Origin: Tabrizicola sp.
GTDB lineage: Bacteria; Pseudomonadota; Alphaproteobacteria; Rhodobacterales; Rhodobacteraceae
Assembly: GCF_016793705.1 (NCBI RefSeq)
Contig: NZ_JAEULO010000043.1
Location: forward strand, 351 to 64,350
Direction of reading: 5' to 3'
Length of the DNA stretch: 64,000 bases
Both the position numbers and the translations under genes were made by a program. Below are positions 55,117 to 64,000 of the stretch, in pieces. The stretch's first letter is position 1. Each line of letters starts with the position of its first letter. Below the pieces are notes generated by a model. The model saw only the letters and a list, made by a program, of their open reading frames with translations. It was not told the DNA's origin and did not search any database.

Positions 55117-56613
55117 ATGGACAAGACCACCAGATCGCTTTCGTTGCCCGAAGCCCCGCGCGAATTCGGCTTCTGGTTGGATGGCGTCTGGGAAGCTGGG
55201 CGAGATTTCTTCGACCGCAGTTCCCCGGGGCACGGAACGCCGGTGACGCGCATCCCGAAATGCACGGTGGATGACCTGAACGCCGCCGTTTCCGCCGCGC
55301 GCCGCGCGTTCGAGGATCGCAGCTGGGCCGGCTTGCCGGGGGCCGAGCGGGCCGGGGTACTGCTGCGCACCGCAGAAATCCTGCGTCGCCGCCGCGACGA
55401 GATCGCCTATTGGGAAGTGCTGGAGAACGGCAAGCCCATCGCCCAGGCGCGGGGCGAGATCGACCATGCCATCGCCTGCTTCGAGGTGGGGGCCGGCGCG
55501 GCGCGGATGCTGCATGGCGACAGTTTCAACAGCCTTGGCGACAATCTCTTCGGTATGGTCCTGCGCGAGCCCGTCGGCGTCGTGGGGCTGATCACGCCCT
55601 GGAACTTCCCCTTCCTGATCCTGTGCGAGCGGGTACCCTTCATCCTCGCCTCGGGCTGCACGATGGTGGTGAAGCCTTCGGAAGTGACCAGCGCGACCAC
55701 TCTCCTGCTCGGAGAAATCCTGGCCGAGGCGGGGTTGCCGAAGGGGGTCTACAACGTCGTTACCGGATCGGGCCGAACCATCGGTCAGGCACTGACCGAG
55801 CATCCGGATGTGGACATGCTGTCGTTCACCGGATCGACCGGGGTGGGGCGGTCGGTGGTTCATGCCGCCGCCGACAGCAACTTCAAGAAACTGGGGCTGG
55901 AACTGGGCGGCAAGAATCCGATCATGGTCTTTGCCGATGCCGATCTGGAAGATGCCGCAGACGCCGCCGCCTTTGGCATCAGCTTCAACACCGGCCAGTG
56001 CTGCGTGTCCTCCAGCCGCCTGATCGTCGACCGCCGTGTTGCACTCGAGTTTGAAAAACTTCTGGCGGCCAAGATGAACAAGATCGTCGTCGGAGATCCC
56101 CTGCACGAGACGACCCAGGTCGGGGCCATCACCACGGATGCGCAGAACCAGACGATCCTGTCCTATATCGAAAAGGGCAAGGGCGAGGGGGCAAGAGTCG
56201 TGACCGGCGGCTCTGCGCTGGATCTTGGCCGGGGCAGCTATATTGCGCCGACGCTGTTCACCGGCGTGAAACGGGAAATGTCGATCGCCCGGGACGAGAT
56301 CTTCGGGCCGGTGTTGTCTTCATTCCAGTTCGAGACGGTGGAGGAGGCGATCCAGCTTGCCAACGATACCGTCTACGGGCTGGCGGCAAGCGTCTGGTCG
56401 AAGAACATCGATACCGCGCTAACCGTCTCGCGCCGGGTCCGTGCCGGGCGGTTCTGGGTCAACTGCATCATGGCCGGGGGGCCGGAAATGCCGCTTGGCG
56501 GATTCAAGCAATCCGGCTGGGGCCGCGAAGCTGGCATCTACGGTGTCGAGGAGTACACCCAAGTGAAATCGGTCCATGTCGAAATCGGCAAACGCAATCA
56601 CTGGATCAAGTGA
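55117..56613 (+). CDS. NAD(P)-dependent aldehyde dehydrogenase, L-sorbosone dehydrogenase-like
   Basis: PWNFP, FTGST, LELGGK, GQCCV, EIFGPV. N-terminus PREFGFWLDG...FFDRSSP recalls Gluconobacter SNDH. Confidence 0.85.
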   Translation: MDKTTRSLSLPEAPREFGFWLDGVWEAGRDFFDRSSPGHGTPVTRIPKCTVDDLNAAVSAARRAFEDRSWAGLPGAERAGVLLRTAEILRRRRDEIAYWEVLENGKPIAQARGEIDHAIACFEVGAGAARMLHGDSFNSLGDNLFGMVLREPVGVVGLITPWNFPFLILCERVPFILASGCTMVVKPSEVTSATTLLLGEILAEAGLPKGVYNVVTGSGRTIGQALTEHPDVDMLSFTGSTGVGRSVVHAAADSNFKKLGLELGGKNPIMVFADADLEDAADAAAFGISFNTGQCCVSSSRLIVDRRVALEFEKLLAAKMNKIVVGDPLHETTQVGAITTDAQNQTILSYIEKGKGEGARVVTGGSALDLGRGSYIAPTLFTGVKREMSIARDEIFGPVLSSFQFETVEEAIQLANDTVYGLAASVWSKNIDTALTVSRRVRAGRFWVNCIMAGGPEMPLGGFKQSGWGREAGIYGVEEYTQVKSVHVEIGKRNHWIK

Positions 56614-56614
56614 G

Positions 56615-58216
56615 ATGGCCAAGGGATATGACTATGTGATCGTGGGCGGAGGTTCGGCAGGTTGTGTCCTCGCCGCCCGCCTGTCCGAGGACCCCGCTGT
56701 TCGGGTCTGCCTGATCGAGGCGGGGGGCAAGGACAGCAATCCCCTGATCCATATGCCGGTGGGGTTTGCCAAGATGACCACCGGCCCGCTGACCTGGGGC
56801 CTGGTGACGGCGCCGCAGAAACACGCCAACAATCGCGAGATTCCCTACGCTCAGGCCAAGGTGCTTGGCGGCGGCTCATCCATCAACGCCGAGATTTTCA
56901 CGCGTGGTCATCCGTCGGACTATGACCGCTGGGCGAATGAAGAGGGGGCCGAGGGCTGGGGATTCAGGGACATCCAGAAATACTTCCTGCGCTCTGAGGG
57001 CAACACCATCCTGTCCGGGACATGGCATGGCACAGATGGTCCGTTGGGTGTTTCGAACCTTCCCGCGCCGAACGCGATGTCGCGCGCCTTCGTGCAAGGT
57101 GCTCAGGAACTGGGTCTGCCCCACAGCGCGGATTTCAATGGTGCGGTGCAGGAAGGCGCCGGGATGTACCAGCTTACGGTCCGGGGAAACCGGCGCTGCT
57201 CGGCGGCGGTGGGCTATCTCCGCCCGGCTCTGAAGCGGCCGAACCTGACGCTGATCACCGGCGCTCTGGTGCTAAGGCTGGTATTCGCGGGAAAGCGGGC
57301 AGTTGGGGTGGAATACGCCGCTCGCGGTCAGGTGGCGGTCGCGCGGGCGGAGAACGAAGTCATCGTGACCTCGGGGGCCATCGGCAGCCCGAAGCTTCTG
57401 ATGTTGTCGGGGCTTGGGCCCGCAGCGCAACTGCGCGCGCAGGGGATCGAGGTGCAACAGGACCTGCCGGGGGTCGGCCAGAACCTGAACGACCATTTCG
57501 GCATCGATATCGTGGCCGAGCTCAAGGGCCACGACAGCCTGGATAAATACGGCAAGCCGCATTGGGCGCTCTGGGCCGGCATGCAGTATTTCCTGTTCAA
57601 CTCTGGCCCCGTCACCTCGAACGTGGTCGAGGCAGGCGCCTTCTGGCATTCGGACGGGCAGGTGGCCAGCCCCCCGGATTTGCAGTTCCACTTCCTGGCA
57701 GGTGCGGGCGCCGAGGCCGGGGTTCCAAGCGTGCCGAAGGGATCGTCAGGCATCACCCTGAACAGCTATACGCTGCGGCCCAAGGCGCGTGGGTCCGTCA
57801 CGCTGCGGTCGGCCGATCCGCGCGACCTGCCGGTCGTCGATCCGAACTTCCTGGGCCATCCCGACGATCTGAAGATTTCGACCGAAGGGGTGAAGATCAG
57901 CCGGGAAATCTTCAGCCAGCCATCGCTTCAGAGATACATCAAGACTATCCGCTTCCCCGACACGAGCGTGAAGACCCAGGCCGATTTCGAGGCCTATGCG
58001 CGGCAGTATGGTCGGACGTCCTACCACCCGACCTGCACCTGCAAGATGGGCAAGGACGAGATGTCGGTCGTCGACCCGCAGTTGCGGGTGCGTGGCGTGG
58101 ACGGGTTGCGTGTCTGTGACAGTTCGGTGATGCCCTCGCTGATCGGGTCGAACACCAATGCACCGACCATCATGATCGCCGAGAAAGCCGCCGACATGAT
58201 CCGGGGCAATCACTAG
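56615..58216 (+). CDS. GMC-family FAD oxidoreductase, L-sorbose dehydrogenase-like
   Basis: GGGSAG, GGGSSIN, YHPTCTCKMG, SNTNA. Strongly recalls Gluconobacter SDH. Confidence 0.85.
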   Translation: MAKGYDYVIVGGGSAGCVLAARLSEDPAVRVCLIEAGGKDSNPLIHMPVGFAKMTTGPLTWGLVTAPQKHANNREIPYAQAKVLGGGSSINAEIFTRGHPSDYDRWANEEGAEGWGFRDIQKYFLRSEGNTILSGTWHGTDGPLGVSNLPAPNAMSRAFVQGAQELGLPHSADFNGAVQEGAGMYQLTVRGNRRCSAAVGYLRPALKRPNLTLITGALVLRLVFAGKRAVGVEYAARGQVAVARAENEVIVTSGAIGSPKLLMLSGLGPAAQLRAQGIEVQQDLPGVGQNLNDHFGIDIVAELKGHDSLDKYGKPHWALWAGMQYFLFNSGPVTSNVVEAGAFWHSDGQVASPPDLQFHFLAGAGAEAGVPSVPKGSSGITLNSYTLRPKARGSVTLRSADPRDLPVVDPNFLGHPDDLKISTEGVKISREIFSQPSLQRYIKTIRFPDTSVKTQADFEAYARQYGRTSYHPTCTCKMGKDEMSVVDPQLRVRGVDGLRVCDSSVMPSLIGSNTNAPTIMIAEKAADMIRGNH

Positions 58217-58252
58217 GCACGAAGGGGGGCGGTCGTGCCGCCCCGTCGCGCT

Positions 58253-59071
58253 TCAGTCGAAATCGGGGGCGTAGGGCACCCGGTCCCTGCTGATGATGCG
58301 GTAGCCAGTAGCTGTCATCGCCTCGATCCGCGCCATGTCGATCGCCGACAGGGTGAAGTCCATGACCTCGTAATTCGCGCGGATGTTGGCAGGTCTCGTC
58401 GACATGGTGTTGATCGTGACACCCTTTTGCAAAATCCAGCGCAGCGCGACCTGGGCGGCGGACTTGCCGTAGCCCGCACCGATTTCCGCGAAGAGCGGAT
58501 ACTTGAACACCTCGCCCCGCGCGACCGAGCAGAAGGAGGACAGCGGGATGCCGGTCTCGATCGACGCAGCCAGCAGGCGTGACTGGTCGAGGAGGGGATG
58601 AAACTCCACCTGGTTGGTCACAAGCGGCGTGTCGAGCAGGCCTCGCGCATGGCGCATCATGGCGGCGGTGTGGTTGGAAAGGCCGATGTTCGTTGCCAGT
58701 CCGCGCTTGTGGGCCTGATCCAGAAGGCGCAACGAAAGATCGATCTCGCCGCCCGGTGTGGGCCAGTGGAGAAGCAGGACGTCCACCCGGTCCACCCGCA
58801 ATGCCTTCAGCGAAGCCTCGACCGAAGGCAGGAAACGCGCTTCGGTATAGTTCTCGACCCCAACCTTGGTGGTGATGCACAACCGGTCGCGCGGCACGCC
58901 GCATTCGGCCAGCGCCGCGCCGGTGTCGGCCTCGTTGCCGTACATCTGCGCCGAATCAAAAGCGCGATAGCCCACGTCGACGGCGGCGAAGATCGCAGCG
59001 CGCAGATCATCTCCCTTCAACGGGAAAGTGCCAAACGCGCGCTGATGATTAAGCTGAAACAGGATGTTCAT
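58253..59071 (-). CDS. Aldo-keto reductase (DkgA/DkgB-like)
   Basis: FDSAQMYGNE, ITTK, LLLHWP, NQVEFHP. Start re-assigned. Confidence 0.88.
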   Translation of the reverse strand: MNILFQLNHQRAFGTFPLKGDDLRAAIFAAVDVGYRAFDSAQMYGNEADTGAALAECGVPRDRLCITTKVGVENYTEARFLPSVEASLKALRVDRVDVLLLHWPTPGGEIDLSLRLLDQAHKRGLATNIGLSNHTAAMMRHARGLLDTPLVTNQVEFHPLLDQSRLLAASIETGIPLSSFCSVARGEVFKYPLFAEIGAGYGKSAAQVALRWILQKGVTINTMSTRPANIRANYEVMDFTLSAIDMARIEAMTATGYRIISRDRVPYAPDFD

Positions 59072-59163
59072 TGTCGCTTCCCCCTCTGTCTTCTGTCCGT
59101 AGCCGAATGGGCCGGACTGCAACTGACCCCTTGAAATCAGTCGCGACTCTGAGTATCTAGTTA

Positions 59164-59182
59164 TAACTGGTTAGTTACTTAA
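59164..59182 (+). promoter_or_regulatory. Candidate operator/promoter motif copy 3
   Basis: TAACTGGTTAGTTACTTAA. Confidence 0.62.
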
Positions 59183-59206
59183 ATGAAACCCCGAAAGGAA
59201 CGAGCG

Positions 59207-60778
59207 GTGTCGAAGGTCAGGACTCCAGCCCAGGCAGCGCGGCTTGTCGCCGATGGCGCAACCGTCGCCGTCAATTCGTCGTCCGGGCTGCTTTGCCCCG
59301 ATGAAGTGCTGAAGGCCCTGGGTGAACGCTTCCTGACGGAAGGCGCGCCGCGCGATCTGACGACCGTTCATCCCATTGCCGCAGGTGACATGTTCGGCAC
59401 AAAGGGTGTGGATCACATCGCGCACAAGGGCATGATCCGGCGCATCATCGGGGGTTCCTACCCCTCTGGGCCGACAAATGCCGAACCGCCGCTGATCTGG
59501 CAGCGGATCCTGGCCGAGGACCTGGCCGCCTGGAACGTGCCCTCGGGCATCATCTTCGACATGCTGCGCGAGGGTGCTGCGAAGCGGCCCGGCGTGCTGA
59601 CCAAGGTGGGGATGGACACTTTCGTCGATCCGGAACTGGATGGCTGCGCGATGAATGCCAGCGCACGGGCGATGCCGCTGGTCCGGCGGATGGATTTCGA
59701 CGGGGACACCTGGCTTCACTTCCCGGCAATCCGGCCCGATGTGGCGATCATCCGTGCCTCGACCGCCGACGAGAATGGCAACCTGACCTTCGAGCAGGAG
59801 GGGGCGACGCTGGGCGCCATGGAAATGGCGCTGGCCGCCCGCAATTCTGGCGGGCTGGTCATCGCCCAGGTGCGGCGGGTGGCCGCGCAGGGGACGCTGA
59901 AGCCGCATGACGTGCGGGTTCCGGGGATCCTGGTCGATGTCATCGTCGAGGCGCCTGACCAGCTTCAGACCACGGCGACCGCCTATGATCCGGCGATTTC
60001 GGGCGAACTGTTCCGACCGCTGCACACCTTCCGCCGGGCCGAGTACAACCCGGCGAAGGTGATGGCGCGCCGCGTGGCGATGGAACTGAGGGACGGCTGG
60101 GCGGTGAACATCGGCTTCGGCATTTCGGCGAATGTACCACGCATCCTTCTGGAGGAGGGGCTGCACGGTAAGGTGACATGGGTCATCGAGCAGGGCGCGG
60201 TGGGCGGGGTGCCGCTTCTGGACTTCAAGTTCGGCTGTGCCGCCAATGCCGAGGCCTTCGTCGCCTCGCCGCACCAGTTCCTGTATTTCCAGGCGGGTGG
60301 GTTTGATTGTTCGCTGCTGTCGTTCCTGGAGGTCGGCGCGGACGGCTCGGTCAACGTCAGCCGCCTGTCGGCAACGCCGCACCGCACGGCCGGGGCGGGC
60401 GGGTTCGTTGACATCACCTCTCGCGCGCGGAAGATCGTTTTCAGCGGCAACTTCAACGCCGGCGCAAAGATGCGGCTGGAGGACGGGCGCCTTGTCATCG
60501 ACAAGGAGGGCAGGATCGCCAAGTTCGTGTCCCGGGTCGATCAGGTCAGCTTTTCGGGCAAGCGCGCGCTGGCGCAGGGGCAGGACGTGACCTATGTCAC
60601 CGAACGCTGCGTCATCCGCCTGGAGGAAGAGGGGCTGACCGTGACCGAGATAGCGCCCGGACTGGATTTGCAGCGCGACATCCTGGATCAGGCCGCGACG
60701 CCTCTGCGCATCTCGCCCGGTCTCAAGGAAATGGACGCAGCGCTGTTCCGGCCGGAACCTCTGGGACTGGTTCTGTGA
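59207..60778 (+). CDS. Family I fused acyl-CoA transferase (YdiF/Pct-like)
   Basis: RPGVLTKVGMDTFVDP, ADENGNL, catalytic-Glu segment IEQG, GAGGFVDI. GTG start after AAAGGA. Confidence 0.88.
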   Translation: MSKVRTPAQAARLVADGATVAVNSSSGLLCPDEVLKALGERFLTEGAPRDLTTVHPIAAGDMFGTKGVDHIAHKGMIRRIIGGSYPSGPTNAEPPLIWQRILAEDLAAWNVPSGIIFDMLREGAAKRPGVLTKVGMDTFVDPELDGCAMNASARAMPLVRRMDFDGDTWLHFPAIRPDVAIIRASTADENGNLTFEQEGATLGAMEMALAARNSGGLVIAQVRRVAAQGTLKPHDVRVPGILVDVIVEAPDQLQTTATAYDPAISGELFRPLHTFRRAEYNPAKVMARRVAMELRDGWAVNIGFGISANVPRILLEEGLHGKVTWVIEQGAVGGVPLLDFKFGCAANAEAFVASPHQFLYFQAGGFDCSLLSFLEVGADGSVNVSRLSATPHRTAGAGGFVDITSRARKIVFSGNFNAGAKMRLEDGRLVIDKEGRIAKFVSRVDQVSFSGKRALAQGQDVTYVTERCVIRLEEEGLTVTEIAPGLDLQRDILDQAATPLRISPGLKEMDAALFRPEPLGLVL

Positions 60779-61548
60779 GCGACGAGCGGCTTGATCTGGT
60801 CATCTCCGACGGCATCGCCACGCTGACGATCCGCCGGGCCGAGAAGCACAATGCGCTGGACGCCGAGATGGTCGACGCGCTCATGCCGCTATGCCGCAAG
60901 ATCGAACGGTCGGATGCTTTCGTGGTGATCCTGACTGGCGAGGGTGGCAAGGCGCTGAGCGCGGGCGGGGATATCTCCGCCTGGTCGGCGCTGTCGCCAG
61001 AGGATTTCGGGCGGCACTGGCTGCGCGACGGGCATCAGGCCTTCGACTCCCTGGCCCGTCTGCGCCAGCCGGTCATCGCGGTGCTGAACGGCAGTGCCCT
61101 TGGTGGAGGACTGGAGCTTGCCGCCTGCGCCGATCTGCGCATCGCCGAGTCTCATGTCAAGATCGGCCTGCCGGAAACCGGGCTGGGCATCATTCCGGGC
61201 TGGTCCGGCACCCAGCGCACGTCCCGGCGTTTCGGCGGGCAGGTGGTCCGCCGGATGGCCCTGTTCGGCGAGGTGTTCGGCGCGGACGAGGCGCTGCGGC
61301 TTGGGCTCGTCGATCAGGTGGTGGTGACGGGGGCCGGCATGGATGCGGCGATGGAGCTTGCCGCCCGGCTGAGGGCCCGGTCGTCGCGGGCGACAGAACT
61401 CGTCAAGATGCTGGTCAACGCAGCCGAGGGTGAGGAACAAGGGCGTGTTCTGGAGGCGCTGGCCGGAACCGTTGCCGCCGCCTCGCCCGACCTGGCCGAG
61501 GGGCTGGCTGCCTATCGGGAGCGGCGCAAGCCGGACTTCCGGAAGTGA
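60775..61548 (+). CDS. Enoyl-CoA hydratase/isomerase (crotonase)
   Basis: AGGDI, GGGLE and LPE (both catalytic Glu positions present). Confidence 0.9.
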   Translation: MSDERLDLVISDGIATLTIRRAEKHNALDAEMVDALMPLCRKIERSDAFVVILTGEGGKALSAGGDISAWSALSPEDFGRHWLRDGHQAFDSLARLRQPVIAVLNGSALGGGLELAACADLRIAESHVKIGLPETGLGIIPGWSGTQRTSRRFGGQVVRRMALFGEVFGADEALRLGLVDQVVVTGAGMDAAMELAARLRARSSRATELVKMLVNAAEGEEQGRVLEALAGTVAAASPDLAEGLAAYRERRKPDFRK

Positions 61549-62804
61549 ACGGGCAGGACCGCGCCTTCCTGACCGGCCTGTTCGAAGCCGTCGTCATGGC
61601 GGCGGACCCACGGAATGCGCTTGCCACCAATCTGCCAGAGCCGCCCAGGGGCCGGACGGTGGTGATCGGCGCGGGCAAGGGCGCGGCTCAGCTCGCGGCG
61701 GCGTTTGAAACCTTGTGGCGGGGTCCGTTCGAGGGCGTGGTCGTCACGCGCTATGGCTACGGATGTCCCACGCGGCAGATCAAGGTGATCGAAGCTTCCC
61801 ATCCCGTTCCCGATGCGGCCGGGTTGGCGGCCAGCGCGTCGCTGTTCGACGCCGTAAGCGGTCTTACATCAGACGATCTGGTCGTGGTGCTGGTCTGCGG
61901 CGGCGGCTCGGCGCTGCTTCCCTGCCCGGCGGGCGGCCTGACGCTGGAGGACGAGATTGCGCTGAATCGCGCTCTCTTGGCTTCCGGGGCGCCGATCTCG
62001 GTGATGAACGCAATCCGGAAGCAGGTTTCAGGCATCAAGGGCGGACGGCTTGCTCTGGCCTGTCATCCAGCGCGGGTGGTGACGCTGGTCGTCTCGGACG
62101 TTCCGGGGGACGATCCGGCGCAGGTGGCGTCCGGCCCCACGGTTCCCGATGCAACAACGCGCGCGGCGGCGCGAGCCATGGCGCTGCACTGGAGGGTCGA
62201 TCTGCCTCCGCGCGTTGCGACCTGGCTGGAGGGCGACGACGGCCTGGCTCCCGATCCGGCGGACCCGCGTTTTGCCGCCAACGAGGTGAAGGTCATTGCC
62301 TCGGCCCGCCTGTCGCTGGAATCGGCGGCGGCCCGGGCAGAAGGGCAGGGTGTTCCAGCCGTGATCCTGTCAGATGCGATCGAGGGAGAGGCACGCGACG
62401 TTGGCCGGGTCCACGCCGCCATCGCCCGGGAGGTGGCGCAGCGAGACAGGCCATTTGCAAAGCCCGTGGTCATTCTGTCGGGCGGAGAAACCACAGTGAC
62501 GCTGCGCGGCGCGGGACGTGGCGGCCGCAACAGCGAATTCCTGCTGGCGCTGGCATTGGCCGCGGAAGATGTGCCCTTCGCGGCACTGGCTGCTGATACC
62601 GATGGGATCGACGGCTCCGAGGTCAACGCTGGCGCATTTGCCACGGGCGCGACGGCCAGCCGCTTGCGCGCGATCGGGCTTGATCCGGCGCAGCTTCTTG
62701 CCGGCAACGATAGCTATACTGCTTTCGCCGCGCTGACTGACCTGTTCGTGCCAGGGCCGACTGGCACCAATGTGAATGATTTCCGCGCCATCCTGCTGCG
62801 CTGA
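61545..62804 (+). CDS. Glycerate 2-kinase (TtuD/MOFRL family)
   Basis: IGAGKG, EASHPVPD, GGGSAL, GGETTV, GTNVND. Confidence 0.9.
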   Translation: MNGQDRAFLTGLFEAVVMAADPRNALATNLPEPPRGRTVVIGAGKGAAQLAAAFETLWRGPFEGVVVTRYGYGCPTRQIKVIEASHPVPDAAGLAASASLFDAVSGLTSDDLVVVLVCGGGSALLPCPAGGLTLEDEIALNRALLASGAPISVMNAIRKQVSGIKGGRLALACHPARVVTLVVSDVPGDDPAQVASGPTVPDATTRAAARAMALHWRVDLPPRVATWLEGDDGLAPDPADPRFAANEVKVIASARLSLESAAARAEGQGVPAVILSDAIEGEARDVGRVHAAIAREVAQRDRPFAKPVVILSGGETTVTLRGAGRGGRNSEFLLALALAAEDVPFAALAADTDGIDGSEVNAGAFATGATASRLRAIGLDPAQLLAGNDSYTAFAALTDLFVPGPTGTNVNDFRAILLR

Positions 62805-62811
62805 GGCCGGG

Positions 62812-63267
62812 TCAGACCTGCATCATCAGCTGGTTGCGACCGCTCTGCACCACTTCGTCGTACTGATTCAACGCAGAAACCTCGAAGCTGACGATCCCGC
62901 GATCCGCCCTTCTGCTCAGGCGCTTGCCCTCGACCACCAGAACCGAGCGAATGCTGTCGCCCAGCAGAACGGGCGCATGGAAGCTCCAGCTCCAGTTGAG
63001 CGAGGCAATCGCGGCCAGTTGCGCCGGGGCCTGGTTCTTGAGCCCGTCGATCACTGACAGCACAAGAAGCCCATGCGCCACCCGGGTCGGAAACCCGAGC
63101 CTCCGGGCGGCGGCTTCGTCCATGTGAAGGGCGAAGCGGTCGCCGCTCAGATCGGCGAACCGATCTATCATTCCGTCATCGATCATGGCGCGCCCGGTCT
63201 CGATCCGGTCGCCGACGGCAAGGTCGCCGTAGCGATGCATGCCTGCCGCAAGACGTCGGCCCGTCAT
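62812..63267 (-). CDS. MaoC-family (hot-dog) acyl-CoA dehydratase
   Basis: FADLSGDRFALH hydratase-2 motif; VAHGLL. Confidence 0.85.
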   Translation of the reverse strand: MTGRRLAAGMHRYGDLAVGDRIETGRAMIDDGMIDRFADLSGDRFALHMDEAAARRLGFPTRVAHGLLVLSVIDGLKNQAPAQLAAIASLNWSWSFHAPVLLGDSIRSVLVVEGKRLSRRADRGIVSFEVSALNQYDEVVQSGRNQLMMQV

Positions 63268-64000
63268 GCCGGAACCGGCGCGTCTTCGCGCAGCAGACCT
63301 TTCGCTTTCAGTGCCTGCCAGAAGGCGGCGGGGATGGAGTGGTTGAACCAGTCGAGGTTCTGCCGCAGCTGGTCGACCGTCCGGGTCCCGGCGCAGAAGG
63401 ACGGGATGGCCGGATGCGCGACCACGAACTGCAAGGCAGCCGCGGGCAGCGGCACCTTGTACTCGGCGCAGACCGCCTCGATCCGGGCAACTTTCTGCAT
63501 CACGTCGGAGGGGGCGGCCGAGTAGTTGTATTTGGCGCCCGGTCTTGCCCCGGTGGCCAGGATGCCCGAGTTGAACCCGCCGCCGACCAGCACCGCCGCA
63601 CCACGCGCTTCGCAGAGGGGAAGGAATTCGTCCAGCGCATCCTGTTCCAGCAGGGTATAGCGCCCCGCCAGCAGGAAGCAGTCGAAGTCGCGCTGCTTCA
63701 GCGCCTCATGGCAGACCTGCCACTCGTTCACGCCGACACCGATGGCCTTGACCACCCTTTCGTCCCGCAGTCTTGCAAGTGCCTTGTAGCAGCCGTCCAT
63801 GGCCTGCCGGAACACCTCAGGCTGATCCTTGCCGCGGGTATAAACGTCGATGTCATGGATGAAGAGGATGTCGATCCGCTCCAGCGCAAGGCGCTGAAGG
63901 CTGTCCTCGAACGATCGCATGGTGCCGTCATAGCTATAGTCGAATTCGATGGTGAAGGGTCCGGCGTTTACCCAGGGTGCATAATTGATCGTCTCGCGCC
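63264..64000 (-). CDS. Aldo-keto reductase, D-threo-aldose/L-fucose 1-dehydrogenase-like; 5'-truncated by the window end
   Basis: Frame stays open beyond the tracked start (FDYSYDGTMRSFEDSLQRL); LLAGRYTLLEQ, GGFNSGILA. Confidence 0.85.
   Translation of the reverse strand, partial: RETINYAPWVNAGPFTIEFDYSYDGTMRSFEDSLQRLALERIDILFIHDIDVYTRGKDQPEVFRQAMDGCYKALARLRDERVVKAIGVGVNEWQVCHEALKQRDFDCFLLAGRYTLLEQDALDEFLPLCEARGAAVLVGGGFNSGILATGARPGAKYNYSAAPSDVMQKVARIEAVCAEYKVPLPAAALQFVVAHPAIPSFCAGTRTVDQLRQNLDWFNHSIPAAFWQALKAKGLLREDAPVPA

Noticed and set aside
1-64000. tRNA, rRNA, CRISPR array, transposase, integrase or att site
   Set aside because: None recognised by eye. A tRNAscan/Infernal/ISfinder run would be needed to exclude small or degenerate elements.

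Overview
GC-rich alphaproteobacterial chromosome segment. Gene content and order point to Rhodobacteraceae (inference). Blocks in order: (1) 1-7.8 kb, housekeeping and envelope: glycosyltransferase, sulfotransferase, ptsN, hpf, lptBAC, kdsD, rnd. (2) 8-13.8 kb, flagellar subcluster motB-flgEKLI with CtrA-like boxes. (3) 14-22.6 kb, complete clade I N2O-reductase operon nosRZDFYLX with an FNR-type box. (4) 22.8-28.2 kb, imuA-imuB-dnaE2 mutasome, with a perfect LexA box inside imuA. (5) 28.3-40.6 kb, general-stress island: 13 hand-found EcfG-type promoters (GGAAC-N17/18-NTT), an EcfG-like sigma factor, a detached NepR-like protein, ku-ligD-ku NHEJ, Mpg, YciF and many small disordered proteins (one missing from the ORF track, one pseudogene). 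(6) 40.7-49.4 kb, LacI-linked sugar ABC operon with a MocD/MocE-like di-iron oxygenase and a PanB paralogue lacking the canonical active-site residues. (7) 49.5-64 kb, TetR-linked cluster: sugar ABC, sorbosone/sorbose-dehydrogenase-like pair, two aldo-keto reductases, CoA transferase, crotonase, MaoC dehydratase and glycerate kinase, with a shared 19-bp motif before three of its transcription units. A ~72-bp repeat (IHF-consensus site plus a 15-bp palindrome) occurs three times, always between convergent genes. The best candidates for undescribed systems are the two catabolic clusters. No tRNA, rRNA, CRISPR array or transposase was seen. Protein family calls rest on motif recognition and recall, not database searches, and several starts were re-assigned by hand.
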